Shown here piece by piece: positions 37,220-50,114 of a stretch of 64,000 nt of DNA. The notes beneath the pieces are model-generated. The model worked only from the letters and a program-made list of their open reading frames with translations, did no database searches and was not told the origin of the DNA. The stretch is from Paraspadella gotoi (Eukaryota > Animalia > Chaetognatha): assembly GCA_051294375.1 (NCBI GenBank), contig JBJCIZ010000239.1, positions 987,721 to 1,051,720 of the forward strand. Reading direction: 5' to 3'. The stretch's first letter is position 1, and every line of letters begins with the position of its first letter. The translations under genes and the position numbers were made by a program.

Positions 37220-37825
37220 GATTTCAAACGACGGCACGGGGGCGAAAATCAACCAGGAAAGTGCGCCAGAAGGATCTATTCATTTGTGGCTGCGATGAAA
37301 AGAAAGGTTTCGGAGAGGAAGGGATAAGATTAGTTAGAAAGATAGTAATAAGAAGATGTAATTCACAATGATCTTTTTTTAAATGCCCCCTGAATCTAAG
37401 TAACAAATGATAAAAAAAAAAAAAACTCTTCACTAGACTAATGAATGTCTCATCATAGAATTACAATAAATAGAAAAATAACACTCAATCCTATCTCCAC
37501 TTCGCAATTCTAATAATTTAAATAATCACTACAACTCACACATAGGACAGATGATTCATATTTTCTCGCGTTCTCTTCTCCCGCGAGTAAAATCACGACA
37601 ATTTATCATGAAACTCATAAAAGTCAGTTTTCGGTTCGGGGTTTCGGTCGGTCGGTCTGTCTGTATGTCTTGTTCCGTGGGTGTCTGTCTCAACCTTAAG
37701 AAGTTAAAAAAAATTTCATCACAGATAATTCCATGGGCTCGAGGGATAGTTTTTTTTTATGCTCATTTGTGAAAGACAGACATAATAAAACCTCGATCTA
37801 AGTGACTGGCTTGCGGCGGCGGCCG
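37220..37825 (-). repeat. Inverted, indel-rich copy of about 29200-29715
   Basis: cactagactaatgaatgtctca pairs with tgagacattcattagtctagtg (29501), and aataacactcaatcctatct pairs with agataggattgagtgttatt (29459). The match extends into unique flank beyond the HINE. Confidence 0.85.
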
Positions 37826-37990
37826 NNNNNNNNNNNNNNNNNNNNNNNNNACGAGAATAACAGAGATAAATTAGTGATGGATTCAAGAGACAGATGCGAA
37901 TGGATTCGTGGATGACAATTGACCAGATGCAGGAAGCCTTTCGGTGGATGCGAGTTATTTACTGGGCGACGATGACGACGATATGAAGAA

Positions 37991-38049
<59 letters not shown>

Positions 38050-39180
38050 CGCTCACGATACCGATGACTTTTTTCGCGCTTCGTTTGGTGAATCGGAAAC
38101 GAAAAGAGGAAAAAGAAAAATAATTAAAAAAAAAAAAATTGAGGAAAATTGAAAATCCTTTTCGTCGTCGTTTTCGTCGTCGTTTTCGTCGTCGTTTTCG
38201 TCGTCATCTTTTTCCTCGTTAGATTGGAAATTGTTGATGATTTGAACAATATTGCACCTGGTTTTAACTTTTAAGTATAACGATGTATGTGTACTTATAA
38301 AAATGGCTCTGTATTTGATGACACAGTAGGTATTTAAAAAGACCGACATATTTAAAAGACGGACCGACAGTAAATAGACTCGGTAGAATTGCTTCGCGAG
38401 TACTAGCGCCGGAAAATAGCGAGTAACGTTATCTGAATCAGCGATGTCGTCGTCGTCGTCGTCGTCGTCGTTTTCTTCGATTCTAAGTCTCAATGAATAA
38501 CTTCTTCCTGGGAGAAGAAAAAGAGAGAGAGAGAGAAGGGNNNNNNNNNNNNNNNNNNNNNNNNNNNNNNNNNNNNNNNNNNNNNNNNNNNNNNNNNNNN
38601 NNNNNNNNNNNNNNNNNNNNNNNNNNNNNNNNNNNNNNNNNNNNNNNNNNNNNNNNNNNNNNNNNNNNNNNNNNNNNNNNNNNNNNNNNNNNAGAATCAC
38701 CTCGACCGACTTCGTTATGAAGATAACGCGCAGAAGAACAATGAGTTTCAGCGACTAAAGGAAATTTGGTGCCATTTTCGTTGCCGTCGAGAGAATGGGA
38801 TGACGACGACGACAATAACGACGACAACGACAAAGACGACGACGACAACGAAGACGACGACGAAAATGNNNNNNNNNNNNNNNNNNNNNNNNNNNNNNNN
38901 NNNNNNNNNNNNNNNNNNNNNNNNNNNNNNNNNNNNNNNNNNNNNNNNNNNNNNNNNNNNNNNNNNNNNNNNNNNNNNNNNNNNNNNNNNNNNNNNNNNN
39001 NNNNNNNNNNNNNNNNNNNNNNNNNNNNNNNNNNNNNNNNNNNNNNNNNNNNNNNNNNNNNNNNNNNNNNNNNNNNNNNNNNNNAACACGACAACGACGA
39101 CGACGACGACGACGACGCTGGATTTTACGAGGAACATTTCCTCTTCTAACCCGAACTCTGTCGACCACGCCCATCTCGTT

Positions 39181-39289
<109 letters not shown>

Positions 39290-39587
39290 GTTCACTCACG
39301 CAACACGCTACATTTGTATTCAATTTTTTTTTTAATGAAAAAATGAGAACTTCTAAGCGCTGAGCAAGAAATAATCCCTGGGCTTTACTTTACTTATAAA
39401 GTAATCATCCCAATCAAATAGAGTTTCCTCAAGATATTTATAATCAAATATGAATGTCATTTAATGATTAGTCTAGTTTCATTACCATTTTTTCATATTC
39501 TCAATTCTCAACTTTTCCATCGGATACGTCCTCAACTTGGGTTCTCATCTTTGTCAGCATCTTTGTCAGCATCGAGACCAAAAAAAC

Positions 39588-40004
39588 CTAATGTATCCCC
39601 TCTTTGTCAGCGTTTGACACAAACTCGTATATGATCCAGACGACGAGAAAAAGTCCGGAAAAAATGATCCCGAGGAGCGAGGTCACGAACAACGTCAGTT
39701 GACATTTCGTCGTGACGAGCGTCAACACGAGCGACGCCACGCCGCAGCCCGAGGCGCCGGCCCAAAAGAAGGCGTGCCAGGCGAGGTGGTAGTAGAATCC
39801 GCGAAAGGCGCCCCAAGCGGCGAAAATGACGAAAACGACGGCGCCGAGAGCGAAAGACGTCAGGGCCAACTTCCGGTTGCATTTATCGGCGACCGGGCTG
39901 CCGCCGCCGTCGTCGCAGTCGCCGCAGAGGTCGCTCTTGGCGTTGGGGTTGGCGTCGGCGTCGCAGTCTTTGGCGCCGGGATCCACGACGTCAGTTTGTG
40001 ACAT
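39588..40004 (-). CDS. Putative small multi-pass membrane protein (138 aa, about 3 hydrophobic helices), family unassigned
   Basis: ATG start preceded by taa, non-repetitive and GC-rich with C/G-ending codons in an AT-rich setting. It has an acidic N-terminus, then hydrophobic segments LALTSFALGAVVFVIFAAWGAF, AFFWAGASGCGVASLVLTLV and LTLFVTSLLGIIFSGLFLVVWIIY. Confidence 0.6.
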   Translation of the reverse strand: MSQTDVVDPGAKDCDADANPNAKSDLCGDCDDGGGSPVADKCNRKLALTSFALGAVVFVIFAAWGAFRGFYYHLAWHAFFWAGASGCGVASLVLTLVTTKCQLTLFVTSLLGIIFSGLFLVVWIIYEFVSNADKEGIH

Positions 40005-40411
40005 TTAAGATGATGAACGAAAGAGCAATATGAATTTAAAAAAAAAAAAGATATTTAAAGAAAAGAAAATTACTACGAAAAGAATTGTAAAAAGAAATTT
40101 AACTATCTAAACGATACGTTTAAGTTTTAGGGAGTTTTCTTTTTTTTTTTTTNNNNNNNNNNNNNNNNNNNNNNNNNNNNNNNNNNNNNNNNNNNNNNNN
40201 NNNNNNNNNNNNNNNNNNNNNNNNNNNNNNNNNNNNNNNNNNNNNNNNNNNNNNNNNNNNNNNNNNNNNNNNNNNNNNNNNNNNNNNNNNNNNNNNNNNN
40301 NNNNNNNNNNNNNNNNNNNNNNNNNNNNNNNNNNNNNNNNNNNNNNNNNNNNNNNNNNNNNNNNNNNNNATTATGAAAAAGTAATTCAAAGCAGGTTTCA
40401 AATGCAAGAAA

Positions 40412-40472
<61 letters not shown>

Positions 40473-41479
40473 GTTTGATTGTCGTTACCGCCCTAACATC
40501 ACGAACTGGTTTTGCAGCCGGCATCTCGCCAACAAATTAAAAAAACCAACAAAAACCGAGACTGAGCAAAAAAAAAAAAAAAAAAAAATTCACTTTTTTT
40601 TGACGAAAAAACTTTTTTCGGTTGAAAAAGATTTTTTTTTCTCTGGAGTAAAAAATCATTGAAAAACAGATTTCCATATTTTTGGTTTAAACTCCCCGGA
40701 GAGAAATGAAGCAAAAGAGAGAAAAGGAAAGAAAGGGAGGTAATAAAAAGGGAGGAAAGAAAAAAGAAAGAAAAGAGGAAAATTGGAGACAAGAATTTGT
40801 TGTAGTTTAGAGAAAAGAAAGAAATGTGAATTAAAGGAAAAAAATGGAAAGAAAGAAAGAAAGAAAGAAAGAAAGAAAAATGAAAGAAAGAAAGAAAGAA
40901 AGAAAGAAAGAAAAAAAGAAAGAAAGAAAGAAAGAAAGAAATAAAGAAAGAGACAAAGAAAGAAAGATAAAAATCCCCCACAAAACAAAAGAACCGGATT
41001 TTCATCAAAGAAGAAACGGTTGTCGTTGTTGTTGTTGTCGTCGCCGCACCGCCTCCTTGATGAATCCAGGGGAAAAGATTGTAAAGCGATAAAGGGAGCG
41101 ATCAAAAAGCGAAATAAAGCGAAAGAAAAGCGAAATAAAGCTATTTCTCCCCCCCCTCCGCCCCTGCGACTCGTCCCGGCTTAACTGCTCCGTCCCTTCG
41201 GCCTCTGGGGTTCGCATCTTCGGTTCCCTTGATGGTCATCACTGAGAAAGGGGTAGGGGAGGAGGAGAGGAGGAGGGGGAGGAGGAGGAGGAGGAGGAGG
41301 AGGAGGAGGAAGAGGAAAAAGAGGAGGGATGAGGAGAGGGAAGAGGAGGACAAAGACACCGACAACGAGGCTTCTAATGATGACAAATACGGAACGTGAC
41401 GCTTATTACGGTAACTGACGACCTGGCTGCGATCTTATGACAAAATCAGATGATGAGACAATATTAGTAAGACGTCTTA

Positions 41480-41720
41480 GTCAGATGACAAAAGAAAACA
41501 ACCACAACAAAATCAGACGATAAAACAAGACAACAACGACCAAAAAAATAAGATGACAAAACAAGACAACAAAAACAAAAAAATAACATGACAAAAACAA
41601 GATAACAACGACAACAAAATAAGATGACAAAACAAAACAACAACGACCCCAAAATAAGATGACAAAACAAGGTACTGACATAATCAACAATCACAACAAC
41701 AAAGAAGACAACAACGACAA
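41480..41720. repeat. ~33-35 bp A/C-rich minisatellite (aaataagatgacaaaacaagacaacaacgacc)
   Basis: About 6 degenerate units; duplicated at about 57820-58120. Confidence 0.7.
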
Positions 41721-42382
41721 AGATGGCGGAAAATCTGGGACACGTGATTCTTTACGCAAACTCGATTCGTTGGATGAAGAAAAGCTTAATAGACTGAATA
41801 TACGACTTCATTAATTGCAAAATTTCTTTGCTCATTGAGTAATAATAATAATAATAATAATAACAATATATTATATATACTGTGGGTAATGAGTAATGAG
41901 TATCATCTTCGCTTCATTGTACGAAGTCACTTGACCCTTTTTGTCTTTCTATCTTTATTTCTGTTTTTTTTTTCTATTTGGATTTCTGTCTGTCTGTGTT
42001 TCACTTTGTAGTCTGTCTTGCCTTCTAATTGACTGTCTATAAATTTATATATAAATTTATATTTATCTTTTAACTAAATATTCTTCTCTTTTCTCTCTCT
42101 ATCAACTTTCATATCCGCTTCCGCCAAGAAGCGAAAGTTCAGAAAAAAAAAAACTTTATGCAAAGACTTCGANNNNNNNNNNNNNNNNNNNNNNNNNNNN
42201 NNNNNNNNNNNNNNNNNNNNNNNNNNNNNNNNNNNNNNNNNNNNNNNNNNNNNNNNNNNNNNNNNNNNNNNNNNNNNNNNNNNNNNNNNNNNNNNNNNNN
42301 NNNNNNNNNNNNNNNNNNNNNNNNNNNNNNNNNNNNNNNNNNNNNNNNNNNNNNNNNNNNNNNNNNNNNNNNNNNNNNNNNN

Positions 42383-42416
<34 letters not shown>

Positions 42417-43407
42417 TTCTCTGTTTCCTCCAGGGGATCTTTGATCACGTGACCTTTTGGATCTTCTGCCGGAAATTTTTTTTTTTTTAACCAATGTGGC
42501 GACGACGACGACAAAGAACATAGAATTTCTAACAATGATGTCTTCATTTCTCTATTAAATTATAAAAATTAAACAACAAGAAGAAAATAACTGACTATTG
42601 ATTATTAAAGCAAGATTTTAAATCTTTCAGTACAGTTGCAACTTGTAAGCTTGATATTAAAATACGAACGATTACAATTAAATACAATACTGATACATGA
42701 CGTGATGTCGAACAAGAGCGACTACAACGACCACGACGACGACAACAACAACTTTCAAAAACGTTCGTTTCCTCCCAAAACATTTTGTCTCGAATTTTCC
42801 CCAGACGTCGTCGTCGTCGTTGTCTTCATCGTCGTGGTCGTCGTCATCGTCATCGTCGTCGTCTACATCGTCGTCGTCGTCGTCGGAGACGAGACCCGCG
42901 ACGTCATGCATATTCAATCATTCCCTTTGTCGCGTCGTGTTTCACGTTCTTTGTCGTTGTCGTTGTTGTAGTCTTCGTCTTCGTCGTNNNNNNNNNNNNN
43001 NNNNNNNNNNNNNNNNNNNNNNNNNNNNNNNNNNNNNNNNNNNNNNNNNNNNNNNNNNNNNNNNNNNNNNNNNNNNNNNNNNNNNNNNNNNNNNNNNNNN
43101 NNNNNNNNNNNNNNNNNNNNNNNNNNNNNNNNNNNNNNNNNNNNNNNNNNNNNNNNNNNNNNNNNNNNNNNNNNNNNNNNNNNNNNNNNNNNNNNNNNNN
43201 NNNNNNNNNNNNNNNNNNNNNNNNNNNNNNNNNNNNNNNNNNNNNNNNNNNNNNNNNNNNNNNNNNNNNNNNNNNNNNNNNNNNNNNNNNNTCTCTCTCT
43301 CTCTCTGCACCCAGAGAGGAATTCCCTAATTTTTTCTCCTTCGTCAAATTCGAGCAAAAAAACCCGAAGTAAAGAATTTGTTAAATGAGACGATGACGAC
43401 GACAAAA

Positions 43408-43444
<37 letters not shown>

Positions 43445-45439
43445 CGACGAAAACGATGACGACGAAATACTTCATTAACAGTTACGACAATTAATCATAG
43501 ATTTAAAGTAATCAATTCCAGATGTTATACTGTTGTTATGCCATTACATCTGTAGTCACACATCTTTTAGCCATGAGATTAAGGATCGACAACATCAACA
43601 ATAATAACAACAACATCAACAAAACCAATATCAACTGCAACAAAGAGAACAACAATAACTTCAAAAACCGCAACGACGACGACAACAACAACAATTGCAA
43701 TGTCTCTGAAATCGAGGTCGGAACGAATCCATCAAAAATCCGCTAAAACGTCGACGATGACAACGACGACGACGACAACGACGACTAATACAACGATAAC
43801 AATGACAAAGATGACGACGATGACGACGACGACAACAACGACAACGACGACAACGAAAACAGCGACAAAGTGGAGAATGATGACGTCACGCCCTTCGGCG
43901 TTTTTGATTTAGTGAGGAAAACGAATTGTCGAAGGGAAGTCATAAAGNNNNNNNNNNNNNNNNNNNNNNNNNNNNNNNNNNNNNNNNNNNNNNNNNNNNN
44001 NNNNNNNNNNNNNNNNNNNNNNNNNNNNNNNNNNNNNNNNNNNNNNNNNNNNNNNNNNNNNNNNNNNNNNNNNNNNNNNNNNNNNNNNNNNNNNNNNNNN
44101 NNNNNNNNNNNNNNNNNNNNNNNNNNNNNNNNNNNNNNNNNNNNNNNNNNNNNNNNNNNNNNNNNNNNNNNNNNNNNNNNNNNNNNNNNNNNNNNNNNNN
44201 NNNNNNNNNNNNNNNNNNNNNNNNNNNNNNNNNNNNNNNNNNNNNNNNNNNNNNNNNNNNNNNNNNNNNNNNNNNNNNNNNNNNNNNNNNNNTAATAATA
44301 ATAATAATAATAATAATAGTAATAATAATAATCGTTTTAAATATGGAAGGAAAAGGCGAAAAAAAAAGTATAATAAAATCGGACAATTTGAAAAAAATAT
44401 TATTCCGATTAATAATCCGAGACAATATTTTTTTCAAACGGTAGAAAATTTTATGAAAATTTCTTTCTAAAGCTTTTTTTTTAATATTAATGAAACACAT
44501 CTAATATTTTCCCTCCCCTAATGTTTTTTCTCCTCTCATATTATTCGACTGTCGTATCGAAATTCCACTACTTCCCCCCCCNNNNNNNNNNNNNNNNNNN
44601 NNNNNNACACAACCCCAACGAAAAAGGAAAAAAACGATTAGAATCCAACGACATCCGCGATTTTACGAATTATACAACAACATCCGGGCGGATCCCCGGC
44701 TCCTAAATGGGCGAGGACAGATCATATCTCTTTTTGTTGAGAAAAACTGCCGTTACCATACGGAAGTTCTTTCGGGTCTAAATTTCAATGACATTCCGGT
44801 TCGTCGCTCGCACAATCATTTGAGAAACTCGATATAACAGCGACATTCGTGGTATTTCGGTACTGAAACCATTGTCGTGAAACTTTGCCTGCAAAAACGG
44901 GCACGTTACTTACTGGTGTTTTGAGTCTAATCTAATCAAAATCCGAGGAATGTACAGAGAAGAATTCAATTTTTAAACAGTAGTTTTCACCCAAGGCAAT
45001 GCCAATAACATTCGGTGCATCCCCAGTCAAAAATCCCATGACATCCGGGGAATTCTAATCAAAAATCCCATGACATCGCTTCTTTCCCGTCAAAAATCCT
45101 TTTCACATCCGGGATCCCTTTTTTTTCCACCCGGAGAAAGAAGAACAAAAGAATCGAGAGAAGACAAAATACAGATAAGGTTATCGCTCGTCGTGGGGGT
45201 TAAATAAAGCAATAAAATAGGATAGGAATCACTAAACAGGAAATCAAAAAAAAACCCTCGCAGTGACGCCCTTAGACGCCATCTGACGCCATCTGACGCC
45301 CTCGGACGCCCGTCATCCCTGCGCTCCATCTCGCTCACACGAATCACGACACCACTGGATATCTTCTGTCCTAAACACCCTCTCTACTCGGCCTCTTTCC
45401 CATGAACGCCCATTTTTATCGAAATTCGGGAATCTGGTT

Positions 45440-45625
45440 AATTGTTTAAGTTAGAGGTCTTGGGTTAATGATTATTTAAGTTTGTGATTTACGGGTTAGG
45501 CGATTTGGTTTTACAAGCATTAACCTTTAGTTTAAGTTAGGGTTAAAAGTATAGCGATAAGGGTTTAGGCGTTCAGGTTTAGGTTAGGGTTAAAGATTAG
45601 TAGGGATCTAAGGTCAGGGATTGAT
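45440..45625 (+). repeat. Degenerate interstitial telomere-like (TTAGGG/TTAGG) tract
   Basis: gggttagg, gttagggttaaa and ggtttaggttagggttaaag motifs; duplicated at about 62090-62275. Confidence 0.6.
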
Positions 45626-47321
45626 TATCAAGTCTCAGAAAATATATTGAGTCAAATATAAGGCTAAAAATAAATCAGGAAGACCTCACATATAAAGGGG
45701 TGCGCAACAAACTTCTGTCACCGTGTCACTCTTCATTCATTCTCTCTCTTTTCACCTCCTCTCCACGCCTCTCGGTTCTGGACCTCGCCTCTCATCGTTA
45801 CTTACCTTTGTGAGTGGACGTGGACACTTACCCTGACCCCGCTTTCTCGCCCCTAATACTTAACACCCCCGACAACCAGGACTCGGAATCATTCATAACC
45901 GGGATAGTCGAGTCGGTCGTTGCTTTAACTTCCTCACCTCTCATCCTCTCTCTCTTCTACTCTTCTCTCTCTCTCTCTCTCTCTTTCTTTCTTCTCTCTC
46001 TCTCTCTTCTCTACTCTCCTCCTCTCCTCTCTTCTTTCTCTCTTCTCTCTCTCTCTCCTCTCTCTCTCTCCTCTCTCTCTCTTCTCTCTCTCAAACATCA
46101 TCTAAACCGGAAAGGAGGGATTCGGCTTTACTCTTTACAATCTTTTCGCCCTTCACTCACTCACTCTCTCTCTCTCCTCTCTCATCTTGGCTCTCTCTTC
46201 CTCTCTCTCTCTCTCTCTCTCTCTCCTCCTCTCCTCTCTCTCTCTCTCTCTCTCCTAGCCGGGCACCAAAATACTTTCGTCTTCGACCCGAGCGATCTCA
46301 GGCTGGAGCTGGAACTCGCTTCAATCGTGAGATTGAATCGCAACTTTTATTTTTTTAATTCTCGAACGACACGGATTCGGAAATTGCCGGGGAAGGGGGC
46401 GAGGCTGGTTGGCGGGCTAAACCGGCTGATAGGTTCGCGGGATGGTAAGGAGGTGAAAAGGGGAGACAATGGTACAGTTCGTTCGAAGATGTGCAATCGT
46501 GCACGTTGCGCATTGCGGGCCATTGCAATATTGACAATCAACGTTGAACAACAACAGGACGATTTAAACGCCCCGTGAAAAACCACAGTGACGACGAAAA
46601 ATAAATCACAAAAGTAAAAAATTAACTTTTATATATGGTCAAATGCGTTGATTTTAAAATGAGAAACTTAATAACTACCAGTAAACAATGGAATTGTTTA
46701 CAATGAGGAACACCAACAAATGTAAAATTCCTTTACTTTCCGTCCTCCGGCCAACAACAACAACCAACAACTTGGACGGGCAAGGATAGCACAAGCAGAG
46801 AAAATACATTCTGTCAAAAAAAATGATCGCATTACAACAGTGGCAAAAAAAAAAGTCTTGAGACTTTGGAAAAAATAATATTCATTTTTTCTATTCTTAG
46901 TATGGAAAATCAATTTTCGATTATTCCTGTTATTTTTCTTTTCTGTACTTTTTCTTCATCATTTTTATTTTCTATTTTTTTCTTTTTTCTTAATTTCGTT
47001 CACTTTCGGAGTGGACTTGGAATGAATATTCATTTGCATATCCGGGCAGAAATGTGAGTGTGCGCGCGTTGCCTCGCGACGACGTGCGAAAACACAGGAT
47101 CGAGAGACAGAGAGAGAGAGAGAGAGCAGAGATTGGAGAGAGACGACGAACGATAGACTGAGGACGAGAGAGACGAGTAGACGAGAGAGATTTCGAGTCA
47201 CAACAGGCGCGATGCAAGGACGGACTTTTTTAAAAGGCCTAAGTGAAGCGGGATAAGGACGCAAAGGAAAAGAAAGATAACCCAAAAGAAAAAGAAAGGA
47301 AAAAGAATAAAAAATAGATAA

Positions 47322-49790
47322 GACACAATTGAAAAATAACGGGGCCGTTAACTGTCCTCGTGCTGATTTTGTTCCCTTTAAAAATTGCTTTCTGAGCCAA
47401 ATTAAAAATTGCATTATTACTTTTCGGAATATGTGCGATTATTACACTAACTGGACATTACTGTGACTCTGAACCAGTAACCCTTGACCATCAACTCAAA
47501 AAGAGCCTAACTAGATCCTCAAAAATTTAGTAAAAAAGATGAGAGCAATACTAGCTCGAAACGCTTACACAAATTGTAGACCATTGCTTTCTATAGATTG
47601 CAACAAAAATATTCAATATTATTTAAACAAACAGCACATTTACAACAATAACTTAATAAGCTTAACCGAGACCAAGATGAATATTTTTACCTATCACTTT
47701 CCTCAAAACTTTATATGCAATCATATTGTTTCTGTAATAGATCAATTTAATCTAAATAACAATATTGACAACACTTTCATTTTCAATTTTTCTTTCATTT
47801 GAATGGGAAAGTTTTCTCCTGCTTACTCCCCCTTGTGTCTAATGTAGTCTAATATTTTTAGAGGTATTTCCAAAACCTATATATAATTACTATATTTTCA
47901 CTTTTTTATTCTTTCCAAACAAAAACCAAACATCATAAAAACATTTTCAAACTTAAATAAAAAAAAAAAATTGCATTGAATGATCTTTGCGAAAAAATAT
48001 TTTTGAACCTTCCGAGAATAATGGGATTTTTTCGAGTTAGGGAAAAAAAATTTGCAATTCAAAAAAATCAGGCCTCTAGCCTTTCAATCTTTTCTAGAGC
48101 GCTGATTTTTTTTTTAGTTTTTTTTGATATTTTGATTTTCCTATGCAAACACCATTATTCTCACCATGATCATAGGTCGGAGGAAATTTTTTTCCAAAAA
48201 TTTTTGCAAAAAATTTCAACTTTTTCTACATTAGGCCTTTTTTTGCCAGGACAATAACATAACATCAATTATTATACGATGTGCGCTACCACCTGAAAGT
48301 GATATGTCTCTAAATTGACAAAAAAAATTTCTTCAAGTTTATTTTAAAATTTAAGTATTGTATCAATTTTTTTTTAGAAAATAAGTGACGATACTCCCGC
48401 TTTGCCGAAATTTTTACTTTAACAAAGATTTGTACCTGCGTAATTTGAAAAAAGTCCTTTTTTTATATAACTTTGAAAGAAAAGAGCCTAGCAAGATGGG
48501 CGCTTTTTTTTTTTTTGTGGTTTATTTTTTTCAACAAACAATTTAACAAGTGGGCCCTCTAATCATGCGGACACCTTTCCTAAAAAAGTACTTATCTAAC
48601 ATTAAATCCATAAATCTTTACACAGCTTTTGTTCTAAATCAATAGTTAAAAGTATACATACAGTATTTGCCTTTTAAAATTTCAATGAAGGCACTATGAA
48701 TTTTTTTATTTTTCTTTTGTAATTTTTCGGAAAAAGGGAAAGACTGAATTTACATTTTGATTATTATTAAATTTTCTTTATTCCATAAATCCTGCTTATA
48801 TTTTTAATTAAACCAAGTAAAAAACAAGCAAAAATATTATGTTTTAGCTTGCATAAAATGTCTTTTAATATTCAAAAATGATAAATACAAAAAATGTTTT
48901 CAGCCCTGATATAAACAGTTCTGGACATCTACCTTCTTTGTCTGTTGAAAAAAAAAATATGCGAATTTTTCAATTATTCTTTAACTGGCAAACTAATAAG
49001 CTTGACACACTTGCTTGTTTATCATAATAAAGTTTTTAAAAAATTATATAACTGGCCAATATATTTGACAAAGCAAGACATCGATTGTATGGCATAATTT
49101 TTTTTTAAATATTCAGCAAGGAATTTAACTTCTATTATTTATCATTCATTTTAATTAAGCAAAAAAATATTTTATCATAACTAGCCCGATCTAGAAAAGG
49201 GTTCATTGACTGACTTAATGATGACATTTTTCTAGATATCTTTACTTGCCCCATTTCACAGATATAAAAAGGTCTATGCCGTTATCATGTCAGTAAAGTC
49301 CCAGATCTATCCTGTCCCTTTATGCAACTGCATTCTGAAATTTTCTTTTTTCCCTTTTCAAATGTATTAAATTAAAAAAAATTATTTGAGAGAAACAATC
49401 GGCGTTGGAGGATGCCATTGGTAAGCCTTAGTTTCCCCACTTTCACGGTCGAATTTTTAAATCTAAGGTTTTTTTCTCCATTCTATTTGAGACATAACCC
49501 ACTAAACTATTCGGTACTATTATTTTTTTTTATTTTTTCTATTACAATTCTACGGCAATTAAATATGAATAAGTTCAACTTTTTTAAAAAAAAATTTCAT
49601 CACTCTTTCACCCTATATTCGGTCATATCTAAAAAACACAAAAAAGATTTTGCATTGATATTTTGGATACTCGACATATTGAAACTACTAACGTTTCAAA
49701 AAAATAAAAAAGAAATATAATAATATTGGAACACGGTAAATTTTTTTTATGCCGGAACAGTAACGTTACCGCATTCTTTCAATTGTGTCC
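47322..49790. mobile_element. ~2.47 kb DNA transposon with ~36 bp imperfect terminal inverted repeats, superfamily unassigned
   Basis: Left end GACACAATTGAAAAATAACGGGGCCGTTAACTGTCC; right end reverse-complemented GGACACAATTGAAAGAATGCGGTAACGTTACTGTTCC. The flanks (aatagataa | ataag..aagaggaaga) are contiguous in the empty-site copies at 50511-50530 and about 63742-63760. Confidence 0.8.
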
Positions 49791-50114
49791 ATAAGCAGGC
49801 AAGAGGAAGAGAAAGAATGAGAGATGAAAAGCAGGGAAACGGATTTAGATTTTGGCGACAGAAAAGATGGTCGAACGTTTTTTTTTTCTGTTCACGCAGC
49901 CGCAATATGAATTCACAGCGAATCTCGACTCTCGAAAATCCGTTGGTTACACTTTTTTGTCGCCGTTCGTTGGCAAAGACTAACAATGGAATGGAATGGA
50001 ATGGAATGGAATGGAAAGCGAACGAGGGAACTTCGACGGAACATCTTTCGATTCACTGAACAAATGGCAAACATGGATGCTACATTCTGTCGGATTGTTA
50101 CAATCCTCTCTTTA

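Noticed and set aside
49985-50015. (GGAAT)n resembling human satellite III
   Set aside because: Only about 5 units of a generic pentamer microsatellite; this is not evidence of contamination or of a centromere.
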